Below, one piece after another: positions 50,001-63,199 of a stretch of DNA of 64,000 nucleotides. The notes under the pieces were generated by a model. That model saw only the letters and a program-made list of their open reading frames with translations, did no database searches and had not been told where the DNA came from. Source of the DNA: Dimorphilus gyrociliatus (taxonomy: Eukaryota > Animalia > Annelida); the NCBI GenBank assembly GCA_904063045.1, contig CAJFCJ010000006.1:5100408-5164407 (forward strand), read 5' to 3'. Numbering within the stretch: position 1 is the stretch's first letter; the number at the start of each line of letters is the position of its first letter. The position numbers were made by a program, and so were the translations under genes.

Positions 50001-51854
50001 AAATGATGTTATATTATTGTCCGAAACATCACCTAACTGTTGCGAAAGATGCTCCAAGATAATTGAATATGTACGAATATTTCCGGAATATTCCATAGTA
50101 TTTTTGGTTTCATTGGCAATTTTTATACCAACTTCCGAACTCGAAACGTTATTAATTTCCATCTTTGAGAATTTATATAATGATATAAAAGAGAGAAGGT
50201 AATATTGTAATAATGGTTAATATACTTGATCAAGTAAATCTTTAACAGGTGGCGAAGTACATTCTGTTGTATTTGATCTTTTCCATCCACGTGAAAAGTC
50301 GCATATCCGTTTAGCCTCTAAAAAATGTTTTATTCGTTTATATTGCTATTAAAGTACTATAAGTAAGCTATTGAATAAAGAAACCATGTTTTTTATCTGG
50401 ACAAAAGGCTGTAACAACTTTCATTCTATCAAAGTTTGAGACATTTGTAGGCTTCCAACAAATCTCTCCATGACAATCTTCTGGGCAGAGGGAGTGAATT
50501 ACCTTGATCGTTGTTTCTACAAACATAGTTGTTTTCGCTCTTACTGTTGTAAAATCATCTTTCGTGGATAGTTCGTCAAACTTAGTTTCAATAGCCGTTA
50601 CAGTATTAATATCATTTATATTTTTTATTGTAGAAGGTAAATATATCGTCTTAGTATACGACTTATTCATACTATTCGTATTGGTCGTATTCTCGAATAT
50701 TTGTTTAGTAAAGTTTGTCAATTCTAAATAGTTCTTTGTGGTAGATAATCTTTCATTTCCTCTTAATGTTAAACTCTGTTTTTTCGTTGTATTTTTATTT
50801 GGTTTTTTAGTCTTTCGTCGTTTGTCTATTACATGTTCTATAAAATTAAATTGATAATATTAGAACTAGTATATCATATAAATAAATGCAAATTTTACCT
50901 ATTCCTCTTATACATTTAAAAAAGATTATTACTGGATTGTTTAAACATTCTGTATTATTCTTAATTTGTGGTAAATTACGTTTAAATTGACAATTTCTTT
51001 TGTAGTTGCATCTAAAGAAAAATGGGGAAAAAAAGTAGAGTGAAGGTGATTATAGAGGCAAAAATATCGAAAACTTTACAAACCTAAAACAGTTTTTTCT
51101 CAAGAGTAGAGATGGATCATTGTCTTGAAATTTACTAGAAGGCCAAGAAAGAACGTCAGCATTGATATCTGTACAATTATTAATGATTGTATTATATTCG
51201 GCTGAAACAATATTCATGATATGTTTTTTAGGACAATTCAGTTGAATATCTTCATCTAAGGTATAAACTTTATAAATCGATTCAACTGATCTTAAACATC
51301 TATATTGAAAATGTAATTTTGTTTCAAATTCCTTTCCAAAATATCTCGGTTTGCAACATTTCATATAAATTGAATAGTAGGTAACGTTACACTTGTTCAT
51401 ATATTCACATTCGAATAGCAGTGTTGTTTTCAATTTTTCCATACAAGTATAACAAGCTTGCGAATAACTATCTGTTAGAGATTGAATCCAAGGTTTTATA
51501 CTTGATGTTGAATTAAACCATAAATTCAAGTTTTCTTTGTATATTTCTATAGTATAATGCGCTTTGCATTGTATTGTTATTGTAGAGCTGTATGGTACAG
51601 TTGACCTGGTTTATAGATTAAATAAATTAATTATATTAATAAAAATATTAGAAAACATACATATGAAAAGGGGAATTCTCTTCAGGCAAACAATAATAAA
51701 GTATTTTTAAGGGTCTTTTAAAACATTTGTTATCTGCAATGTAATAATTTTCGGCCCTTGTAAATATACAAAATCTTCTATCATTACACCTAATTTGCAT
51801 AAAAGAGAATATATTATAATAATTAATAACTAAAGATGAAGAAATTTATATATT

Positions 51855-51905
<51 letters not shown>

Positions 51906-52615
51906 TTCTTTTACATTTTACCCATATTTTTATGACGTTTTGGACACAGATACTTTCGAAACCAAGTACGAGTTCCTTTCCTTGGCATTATGCAATCAAT
52001 TGCTTCTGTAACGTAGAGAGCCTTATCAATCTTTAATTTAAAGTAATAAGGGCATTGTATAAAATATTTCTTTCTTGATACAACGACGGTTCGTTTACGA
52101 GTTGGATAACATTGATACTTCAATTGAATTATTAAATAAGTAAACTCTGAATAACTTTCACTTTTGTAACATTTCAAAAAGTTCTGGTGAAATTTTATTA
52201 TACATTTATTCATATATCGGCACCTTTATAAAATAGAAAGTCTTATTTAAATATATTTAAATATTATACGAAACAAACCTATTTCTTATTAACATTTCGT
52301 AATAGCTCCAACAACTATTGCATTTTATTCTTGTCCTTGTAATAATTTGACTGTGGTTTGGATATGTTTGATTTGTAGCAAAACCATATAAAACCATCGA
52401 TCTACCCATGAGTATATGAGAATTATAAGGACAAATGATAGCCCTTTTTTCATTAAGATTTACATCTAAACTAAATTTTTTAACATTTTCTTGGAATTAT
52501 CTTTCATTTATGATATAAAAGCGTTTTACCTGTAAAAAGTGCTTCGAGATGACCAACTGTCATATGCGTATATCTCATAAATATTAAAGATTGAAAGGAA
52601 GATCAGCAGTTTCAT
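47032..52615 (-). CDS. Latrophilin-like adhesion GPCR: signal peptide, about 4 degenerate SUEL/rhamnose-lectin-like domains, Thr-rich stalk, HRM, GAIN/GPS, 7TM
   Basis: Signal MKLLIFLSIFNIYEIYA at 52615. GPS CSFWNF..WSQNGC..CRCNHLTHFAVLV. HRM CPEDCHGEICWKPT..CP..C..W. TM7 FSLLNSFQGLGIFIFHCVL. Ser/Thr-rich cytoplasmic tail. Confidence 0.9.
51858..51899. repeat. (TA)n microsatellite in an aGPCR intron
   Basis: Direct reading. Confidence 0.95.
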
Positions 52616-53043
52616 ATCTTAATTTATTAAAAGAATAACAATAAATGTTACATATTAAGCGTATAATTAATTTAAATGCAAGATATTTTTTGCAAATTAG
52701 CATATCTAACGATTATAAACTAAATATTTAATTAAAAATAAATTAAACCTTTTCTACTACAGTTTTTATCCAGCTGCAAAGTCTGCTGTTAATGAATGAG
52801 AGAACTATGAGCAAGTTGTTTATTACTCAGTGCAATATACTCAAAATTAATTATATTAAAAAGTATTGTAAAACATGTGAGTATTTCGAAACAGCATACG
52901 CAGGTTATACAATATACTGTATATACCTCTTTATATTATCTACTTTATAAAGTACATATATATTTATACAGTAACTCTTCGTTAATGTGTAGAACATAGT
53001 TTATTTTGTTTTTTAAAAAAAATATATGTATGAAGGATTTGAG

Positions 53044-53062
53044 CTCTCTCTCTCTCTCTCTC
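53044..53062 (+). repeat. (CT)n microsatellite in the aGPCR-DPP4 divergent intergenic region
   Basis: Direct reading. Confidence 0.85.
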
Positions 53063-53485
53063 ACTTTATTTCTCTTTCTCTTTCTCTCTCATTTATTTTT
53101 TCTTCCTCCTCTTCCATTCTCTTTATTTCTTTTTTATTTAGTATAAAAAAGTAATAATAAAGTTTTTATCTCTTCTTTTTTTTCAATACTTAAATCAATT
53201 AATCAAGGTATTTTTCTCTGCCGCTTTTATGGTTTACTTTGATGAGATAAGACAGAATATTATCATAATATCTCTTTTTTAATCTATATTTCTCTCATTT
53301 TTTATATATATGTATATATATAAGTAGACGATTTTGAAGATAAGAAGGTGAAGATTATATACAGTATATATATATGTATACAGTATAAACTTATACTGTA
53401 TTTATTGAATTTATTTCTTTTTAAGTATTTCTTTTATTTTTTAATTTGATTTAGCCGGTTTTTTTTTTATAAAAACAAGTTTATT

Positions 53486-56400
53486 ATGAATTCAATCATA
53501 ATTTTAAGTATTTTACTCTTAAATACAATACTTTGCTATGATTTACCAACCGAAAATGGGGAAGATTTTCGTAAAATTAATAACGATAAATTGGAAAAGG
53601 AACCATTCACTTTTGATGATATGTTTGGTGGAAAATACAGTCCTAAATCATACTCAATCGCATGGATAGACGAAAAACGTTACATTCGGATGGACGAGAA
53701 TAGTACAGTTAGAATTTATGACGCCGACTCGAATGGAAATAGCATTCTATTTACTGGATCACTATTTGTTTGTATTACATTTCGCTCAAGGCCTATTTTT
53801 TGACATACTTTAGCCTATGTACGAGATTATAAAGATATAGAAAAAATTCCAGTCAAGTGTATAAAAAGTACTATAAATAAGTAATAAGAACGATTAAGTT
53901 TGAATATGAATTATATAAAAATTAAATCTTATTAATTATATAGTAAATGTATTCATAATACTTCTTTATACTATTAGCAAAATATACAGGCAATATGTAT
54001 TTATTCATTTTATTTATACAGAATGAAATTAGGGCAAGCTTTTATATGTTTTCAACCGACTTACAATTTGTTCTATTCGGTTATGAGAGACGACAAGTAA
54101 TTTATGATTATTTCCAGTTATTACACACATAATTAATAAATTTATTATATTGTTTACTTATTTTAGTTGTGGAGACATAGTTTCTTGGCTAAATATACTA
54201 TTTACGATAGAACTAATCAAGTATTTATACCATTTCCCAATGGTCAACTTCAAAATGCAACATTACAAATGGCCGTCTGGTCCAGATCTGGACAAAAAAT
54301 AGTAATTTTGTCATTAAAAGATGTCTTTCTAAAAAGATTCTATACTATTGCATGTTGTTTAGAGTTTTGTCCATGACAACGACCTCTATGTGCAAAATTC
54401 ACCTTCGGAAGATCCTATAAGATTAACTACTGATGGAAAAAAAGAGAAAATTTTCAATGGTATAGCAGATTGGTTATACGAAGGTTGTATATTGAATTAT
54501 TACTTATTATTTTTAACTCTATCATGAAAATTTCTCTTCTTCTCTTCAATAGAGGAAATACTTTCAACTTATTCGGCTCATTACTGGTCTCCATCGTCTG
54601 ATAGACTAGTCTATGCTAGATTTAATGATGAAGATGTTCCGTTGTTCGATTTTACCTTTTATGGTCCTAAAGAGACTATGTATCCGGAAACTGTACAAAT
54701 TGCCTATCCCAAAGCTGGAAATTTGAATGAAAGTCAAAATACCAAAGTCGAATTACGTGCTGTTCGTTTAAATAATCCCACCAATCATGTCACATTAAAG
54801 CCGCCAAGCGAACTTGTGGGTAAAGATCATTATTATACGAGAATCACTTGGTTCGACAATGATCTATTATACGTTGTTTGGGCAAATAGAGTTCAGAATA
54901 AAACTTTTGGTACTTTTTGCGACTCGAACACCGGAGATTGCCAAACGGTATTAATAAAGAGGGAAATTTTTTATAGAATAGGCCTACTAAATTATATTTT
55001 ACTTCATCTATTAGGTTGATAGATTAGTCGTCGCTGATGGATGGATAGACGTAAATAAATAAAATAGAAAATCAAATGATATTTTCTTATTCTTTTAATA
55101 TATATATATATATATATTTCCTTTCTAGCCTGGTCAGACAATACTATTTACAGGAGAAGAGAAAACTTTCTTTACGATAAGGGCTAACAATGGATATCGC
55201 CAGATTTTATTTATAAATCCAGATATAAATCAATTCCAATATTTAACTGATGACGAATGCGATATTACTTCCCTTGTTTCCTATGATTCTACTCACAGAA
55301 AGCTGTAATACCCTATTTATTTATATATACACTAATATTCATTTATTTAAAGCTGTATATTGCATTCGATATAATAATTTCATCTTTTATCCATTCAGAT
55401 ATTATATAACTACCAATTTTGACCCGAAAAAGAGATTTTTATTTGTGTAAGCCTATAAAATAATATTATTTAACTGTCTTTTACTTTAGTTTTTCCATAT
55501 TCTTCTTAGATATGATTTAACAAGATTTGAGAAGAAATGTTTAACTTGCGATATAAATTGTGGTTATGCGTCAGCATCGTTTAGTGGAGATTCTTCCTAT
55601 TACTTGCAAGTTTGCTTAGGTCCAAGTGTACCAGAATACAAACTAAGAAAAACAAATGATGAAGATTGTTAGTATTAGAAAAATCTATTAGTTTCTTACT
55701 CTTCTTTTTCATTCTATCCTTAGAATATATTTCACTTGTATATTCTATATATAAAACATTCTACTTCCACCTAATAATTATTCTAAAATAGTTACGAGGA
55801 TTCTTGAAGATAATACGGAATTTAAGGAGAAACTTGAAAAGAAAATTGTTCCTAAAAAAGAATACTTAAAAGTTCCAATTGGTGGTGGTTATGGTTAGTA
55901 TAGGCCTATTACATAAAGGGATGGATTGAGATGTATACTAATATATATTCCTCTCTTTTATATCTGTAGATGCATGGGCTGAAATAATGAAACCACCTAA
56001 TATGACTGATGGCACCAAATATCCGGTTATTGTCACAACGTAAGCCCATAAAAGTTTTATGATTGTTTACATTTTAAATAATGTACCATTTAATAAACAT
56101 ATTATCCAGTTACGGTGGACCTGGTAGTCAACGTGTAACCGAAAGATTTTCAATAGGCTGGGAACATTATTGGACTACATCTCAAAACGTTGTTCATATT
56201 GCTTTAGACGGAAGAGGAACTAATAATAACGGGACCCATTTTATGCATTTACTATACAGAAAAGTGGGAACTTTAGAAGTAGAAGATCAAATTACAGGGG
56301 CAAAGTAAGTAATTGGACACGATTTAACTGTAAATCATCAATGGATTTTTTTTTTAAAAAAACAAAAAATTATTTCCTATAATAAAAAGGCTAATACCAT

Positions 56401-57456
56401 TATTATAATTCTTTAATTAATTTAATAAGAATAGCTCTATATGTAAATATTGTATATTATATTTATATATATATATTGTGAATATACCCACGCAAAAAAT
56501 GAAGCATTGCCTTTTCATATACTATATATTCTATTTTCTTTCTCTATTTTGTTTTTTTATATCGAATAAAGCTCTAATTCGTTTACCTCATTAATTTTAC
56601 AGGTATTTCCGTGATACGTACGAATTTATTGATGGAGATAAAATGGCCATTTGGGGTTGGGTAAGTAAACGTTTTAAATAAATAAATTTCTTTATAAATT
56701 CCTTATATTTTTGAAAATTATATAGTCTTACGGTGGCTTTCTAACATCTCATACGATGGCTAACAGCAATTCTGCTTTTCAATGCGGTATTATTGGTGCT
56801 GCTCTCTTCGACAGGAGATATTACGGTAAGGATTAAATAAATATAATCTGCTTTTTAATTAACTTTTAATTATTTATTTTATTATTAGATACTGCTCATA
56901 CGGAACGTTTTATGGGAATGGCAGGGCCGGAGGATAATCAAGACGGCTACGAAGTAAACTTATCTTCTATTTCTTTATATAAATAGTATTAAAACTTTTT
57001 ATTATTCTTTTCACAAACAGAGAACAAATGTTATGCGAAAAATAGATCTAATGAAAGATAAAAAGTTCCTTATCATACACGGCACTGCTGACGGTAATGC
57101 ACAACAATAAATCTTATATAAAAGAACAAACTAACAAAGAAATATCATAACATTTAATCTTGATTGGTCATTGAAAACAGTTTTTCAATGATTTATACAA
57201 GAAAACCTGTTGCCATTTGTTATGTTTGCCTATAATTAATCTTGTAATTAGTCAGTTTAAATATTCTTTTTCTACAGATAACGTTCATTTTCAAAGTTCG
57301 GCTCACATGTTTAAAGCTCTTAATGAGAAGGAAATTCAATATCAAACAGCAATATATACTGATCTAAACCACTACTTTTTGAGAAGATCAAGGCATATAT
57401 TGAGACTTATGACTAATTTCTTTGTTAAAGATTGCTTTGAAAAAGTACCAAACTAA
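53486..57456 (+). CDS. Dipeptidyl peptidase IV / FAP-like serine peptidase (family S9B), probably secreted, multi-exon
   Basis: LWRHSF, NGIADWLYEEE, YPKAG, YGGPGSQ, DGRG, nucleophile GW/SYGG split by an intron, HGTADDNVHFQ and YTDLNHY. Ser-Asp-His triad intact. Confidence 0.96.
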
Positions 57457-58016
57457 TTAAGACAAATTTGGTATTCGTTCTTCATTAAAAGTCTTTTTTC
57501 TTTTAATTTTATGACTATTTTCACGAAGAATCAAGAAAATACAAATAAATATAAAAAGACAGGCGTTTAGTTAAGTAACCTATTGATTTCTTTATTAATT
57601 GGTTAAGAAGGAAAAGAACAAAAAGAACCATTAAGACGTGTTAATAATCTTACTGTAATTCTGAAGCAATATATAGAGCGTTATAGGCCCTATACAATAC
57701 TATGTGCAGTACATAGAGATGTATACGTATCATAAAACATTCCCTTCTTATTGGTTAATTCAATATAAAAGAAAACAGTTAAAATTTGCCATCCCTTTTT
57801 GCCTTTTTATTTCCATCTTTATGGAACATTAAGCACTTTACTAATACAGTACCGTTTCAAATGATATAAAAGAACGATTTAATAGGCCTATAATCTGCTT
57901 TAATTGTAAAGCATATTAATAATAGATAACTATAAATATATCAGATACATCAAACTTTTTTTTTCCATTTGTTCAACCTTAAATATTCAACGTGGTATGC
58001 TTAATATTCTTGAAGA

Positions 58017-58030
58017 TGCAGATGGCGCTG
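58017..58030. promoter_or_regulatory. CTCF-like motif upstream of the furin-like gene
   Basis: TGCAGATGGCGCTG matches the AGATGGCGC core. Confidence 0.5.
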
Positions 58031-58350
58031 TTTTCTAACTCCAGTTTTGATTAGAGATCCTCGCACACACGTTCGAGTAGTGTAATGCCAAGCACATAAG
58101 AGAGAAAACTATCGTCGTTTTTTATTTTACTAAAAGTAAAATATCGACTTAATCGATTAGAATAGTTTAAACCTATTCTAGGTCGATTTATTCTCTTTAG
58201 AAACCAGTTAATAGAATATACAATTCCATGAAGAGAACATCTTGAAGAGAAAAAGAAATGATAATTTCTCGGCAGCATTCAACATTGATGGAAGAGAGTT
58301 TGGTGATAAATTTGTAGATCATTGGCAAAAAAAAAAACTGTATCCTAAAG

Positions 58351-60926
58351 ATGAATGAGAATTGTTTGTTTATCCTTTTACTTCTAACATGGACCTTGAT
58401 TGATTCAACATTATATTCAAATAAATGGGCCGCAAAAATTGAAGGTGGAGAGCAAAAAGCCCGAGAAATAGCTCAAAAACATGGATTTAGATATTTATCA
58501 AAGGTATTTATTACTATTTTTTAAATTAAATATATAGATGCAGTATATATATTAGTATATATATCTATATATCTTAATAACTTCCAATTATTCTCCATCA
58601 AGTGTTTCGCTTATCAAGTAGATTATGAGGAATTTTTTTCTAGAAATTTTTGCAGTAGGATATTACAGATTTCTTCGAAAAATAATTAATAATCTCTAGT
58701 CGTCTACAAATGTTAACTATTTATATATATATTATTCCCAAAAACCTTTTAAATAGATAGAAAACTGAGTACCTATTAACAGAGATTTGTAACAATCTCT
58801 CTTATCTATCATCTAACTATATTAAACTGAGCATTTAGGTGCTAGTTGGATAGTTTAGTTACATAATTACCCATAACTAATCAGCGAGAACATCATTAAC
58901 TCAGACAGGAGAACGTTGATTTGTTTATTTTTACTCCAATTAGCCGACTAGAGGAGAACTTAGAATAAAATAACTATTACCCAAAGGTTACAAAATCTGA
59001 GATAATTTAGTGAAACAATTTCGAATATTTTACGATTTTTTTTGCCAGTTTTTCGTTAATTTAAATAAAATACTCTAATAATAATTAAGCAATGTAAACT
59101 ACGTAGAAAATGCTTGTAAGAAGTTTAAAGAAATAAATAAAGAATTTTCTATCCCTGTTTTTTCTTACCCCTACCCCTTTTAACTCTTCTAACCCCCCCA
59201 ACCCTTTCCCCTCTCTCCCTCCTCCCAACCGCAAATGATACAAGTTATACATCGCGTTTATCAGACGCATAAGATTGATTAATGACCGCGATAAACCCCT
59301 TACAGATTTTCGACAATTATTACCACTTGGAACATGAAAAAATCCAAAAACGTTCTATTAAAAGTAGTCAACATGCTCATAGCTCCATTACCAAAGAAGA
59401 AGAGGTAGGCCTATTTATTATTTCATGTTGCATGATAGTCTATATAAAAATAAATTACAACCAACTGTTATGAGACAAGTTTCCTATATAGTTTATCAAA
59501 TATTTCTTGTATATAAGAGCCATGTTTTTCTTTTGCAAATATCTTTTGCAATGAGAGAGAGTGAGAGGAAAAATTGGTGAGGAAATGAGCGAGTGAGAGC
59601 AGAGCGGGAAATGGTAAATCCTAAGAAGGATATTTATCTGACCCCGAATGAACTTCCTCCCTGCAACTGATAATTGTATTTGTTCAGAGTAATGTTGTGA
59701 CTTTAGTATTTGAACCGAAACGAGCAGTTGGTGTTGAGAAATCGAAAAAGACGTAAAAGAGATAAATAAACAGAAATAATAGAGAAATCTTTCCCAAAAT
59801 TACTTGGAACAGGTGCTAGCCGTATTTTTGATATTAACTAATCCGAATGTCAGAGACGGTTGGTAGGCACACAATTTATAGTATATTCTCTAGTCTATTT
59901 ACGTAGTTTTAGAGAAATATTTATCAATTTTATACTTTCTTTCGTGTTTCTTTCATTTTTACCAAATTTTCTCCTTTTTATTCCAACTTCTCCTCTCTTA
60001 TTAAATGACTGGCGGAAAAGAATTGACCCAGACTTAACCAATTTGAACGTCAACCATTTCTTTTATCACTAACTTTGACCTTTCACCCATATGATTTCCC
60101 TAAAGTATATAGTCTTTACCGACGACATTAACTGTAGGGAAATTGTAGATTGATGATTGGAAAATAAGTCAGAGTTAAAAGTAAAAAATTTGGCATGACA
60201 TTTGCGTTTCCTTCCTTTATTTTACAAACATTTTATGGCTTAGTTAATCTGAAAAAAAGGAACTTTTTGTTTTTTAATCTTTTCGCCATCTTTTTTTGAG
60301 TTACACTTTTATCTTTAGGAAAAGAAAAATCGCTTAGTTGTTAATGCAATATCAGCCAGATAAGGTAATTTGTAATAAGCCCTCTATGATTTAAGATACA
60401 TAGAAAATTTGACGTTGTCTACTTAAGGGATTATATCGCCTATCTTTTACGCCTCCTTTCCCATTTAATAGATGAAAGAGCTTGAAGGTAAGAGAAAAAA
60501 GGATAGCTGAGAAAGTATTAAAATGTACCCAGTGCTAACATTGAGAAGGCACGTGGAAAGGAGGGGAGGGGGTGGATTGTAGAGAGTAGATGAAACGATA
60601 GGTCTTGAAAAGAGAATAAGAGGGGAGGGGGATGCTAAAGATATAGAAAGAAACCAAATATACTAACTGCTCGTCGAAGTTCTTCTTTTTCTGTATATAC
60701 AACGGGCTTGTTTGCTTTAGTACGGTAAAATGTTTGTTATGTTGTGTTTACTAACGGTTGACTTTGGCCATCTTACTAGTTTATACTAGGTGATTTTTAT
60801 CGGCTACTCTGATAATTCTCTTCCACTGTAATACAGGTGAAATGGATCAAACAGCAGGAGATAAAGAATCGCGTAAAACGAAATGTGAAATTGAACGATC
60901 GGAAGTGGAATAGGATGTGGTATTTG
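58351..60926 (+). CDS. Furin-like proprotein convertase, first three coding exons only (58351-58503, 59306-59404, 60837-60926); gene continues past the window
   Basis: Signal peptide, prodomain YSNKWAAKIEGG..AQKHGF / IFDNYYHLEH..KRS / VKWIKQQ, autocatalytic RVKR site, then NDRKWNRMWYL. All junctions phase 0. Confidence 0.92.
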
Positions 60927-62335
60927 GTAAGTGAATTTTCTGTAACTTTCTCTTTTTTTCGCATCAAGCGGGTTTTCTTTGACGGTTTAAAACGAATAAG
61001 CGACTTCTTTTCATTCTATATACTAGCACTGGAAAATGGGTACTTGACCTAGTCGTCGTTTCCTGTTTGTGATTCTCATCTTCTCTTTCTTTCCCATTCT
61101 CCCTTATTCTTTTTATTTCTCACTCTCATACACTTTCGTCTAAAGTTTATCACTCTCTTTAATCGAGCGTTAACTTAATGAAGGGAAAAAACACAAAAGC
61201 CAAGCGAGTTTATGAGCCCTGATTAAACGATTAGTAGCCATTTTCCTCCTTCTTACTCCTAAAGTGTTATTAAGGATATGAAAATCGTAAAAAGTATAGA
61301 ATAAAATGTAAAAATGCATACATTCGTACATATATATGACATTCATTTATAAAATATTTATATAAAAAAGAGCAGCGTGTTTCTACAACTGAAACCAATA
61401 GAGAGATAGAATTCCAATGTAAATACAACTAATGATTGCGTATATTCCAGAATATGTAAATACCAATTGTATACATTGCCCAATTCCTAACAAATACTTA
61501 CCCTTTAATTAAATGATTAAGTACACCTTGGGAAAGATTACCTAAGAGAGAAAAGAATAGTTTATTTTCATTTTCTACTTCCAAATTCTCCTTTTATTAT
61601 ATATTAAGAGAGTGAAAATAGAGAATGCAAGAAAAAGAGAACCAGAGATGAGTGAGTGAGTGAGTGAGTAAAAGAGAGATAGAGAAGAGAGAGAGAGGGG
61701 GGGAAAGAGTTAATAAAAATTGACATTCCTTTCGATACGCGGATGAAATTGCAATAGATTTCTTACAGGAATAAGGAAATCGCTTCTTTACGCCATCAAC
61801 GTTTCGTAAATAAAATTCGTAAAAACGTTTACGTTCGCCCCTTATAAGGAACGTAAAAAAAGACGTATCGATTTCCCAAAGAGAGGAGAGAGGAGAAAAG
61901 TTATATCTTCCTGCATACTTTTACATATACTGTACATATATATATATATATCTGTACTTGTATATAAAAACGACTATAAATATATATTATTTATGATGTT
62001 TAACTTCCTTGAACTCCATAATTCTCAGAACAGAGATATGTCTCTGCCATCCATATTTCAAATAAAATCTTTTACTTTTTGGCCTTGATACTATGTTATT
62101 CCCATAATCCTTTAGTCAGTTGGGGTTAATCGATATATTGAAATGGATAGTCGATATTTGTACCCTTTTACAGTATTTCTCCACCCCCTTTTCTTCATCT
62201 ATATCTATTTCTATTTTGTCCTTTCTTTCCTTTTTACTCTCTTCTCTCACTGATCTAATAGGGTTAGTTGTTTTATGCATATAGATTATACATTCCTTCG
62301 CATAGATAATATTTGATCAGTGAAAGTATCCTTTG

Positions 62336-62339
<4 letters not shown>

Positions 62340-62382
<43 letters not shown>
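62340..62382. repeat. (TA)n microsatellite in furin-like intron 3
   Basis: Direct reading. Confidence 0.95.
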
Positions 62383-62384
<2 letters not shown>

Positions 62385-63160
62385 GCCGGTTGAATAAATA
62401 GGAGTTAGTCCTCTTCCCAAAGTGTTTATGACTGGCGTATTAAAGGATTGTAAATTTATAGTTTCAAATAGCGCAGTTTAGGCTTATAGTAATATATTTA
62501 GCTTTTATTGATGAATGATTTACCAACGGTTTTCTGAATAAGGCAGGGAATAGTTGGCTGCTGTGGACAAGAGACAAGAAAAGCTAGAGGGGTTAGAAAA
62601 ATGGCGTAAGACAATGACTTCTTAAGGAAATAGGTGGATATCTAATCGATCAGTTATGCTTTGTTCCATCCCCCTTCCCCCAACGAGCAGCGGAATTTCA
62701 AGCAGCCAAATACGTAATGAATGCATGTGTCATACGCAATTTCTTTACTCCTATTTCCCCTTTAACGTAACCAGAATAATTAGGCAATTAAGCACCAGAT
62801 AAAGAAATGAGATGGCTGGATGAGAATGAATGAAAGTAGAAAGTGGGTGGAATAATTCTGAACGTAACCTAGTTCATTCTTATATGTAATTTCATTGATA
62901 GTAGAGGCGTCAAATACCGAAATTAATCAATACTTTAGGCAAAAAGATGAATAATAAATAACCCTTTATCGTTCCGTTTCTTTCTATCTCAATAGTATTG
63001 TAGTGTTTACCCAATTCGACGCCAAAGGGAATGTCAAAGTAACGAGGTGGTGAAACATAAAATTTAATTTACTTTGCTCCCTTACTAATTTGCCAGTTTG
63101 TATATTCATTGGCATAATTTGGATCCGTTTCAATTATCTTTTCACCAATTGTCACATTGA

Positions 63161-63167
<7 letters not shown>

Positions 63168-63192
<25 letters not shown>
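63168..63192 (+). repeat. (CT)n microsatellite in furin-like intron 3
   Basis: Direct reading. Confidence 0.9.

Positions 63193-63199
<7 letters not shown>

Noticed and set aside
52363-52376. GATATGTTTGAT match to miR-190
   Set aside because: Lies antisense to an aGPCR coding exon, partial match only, no hairpin.
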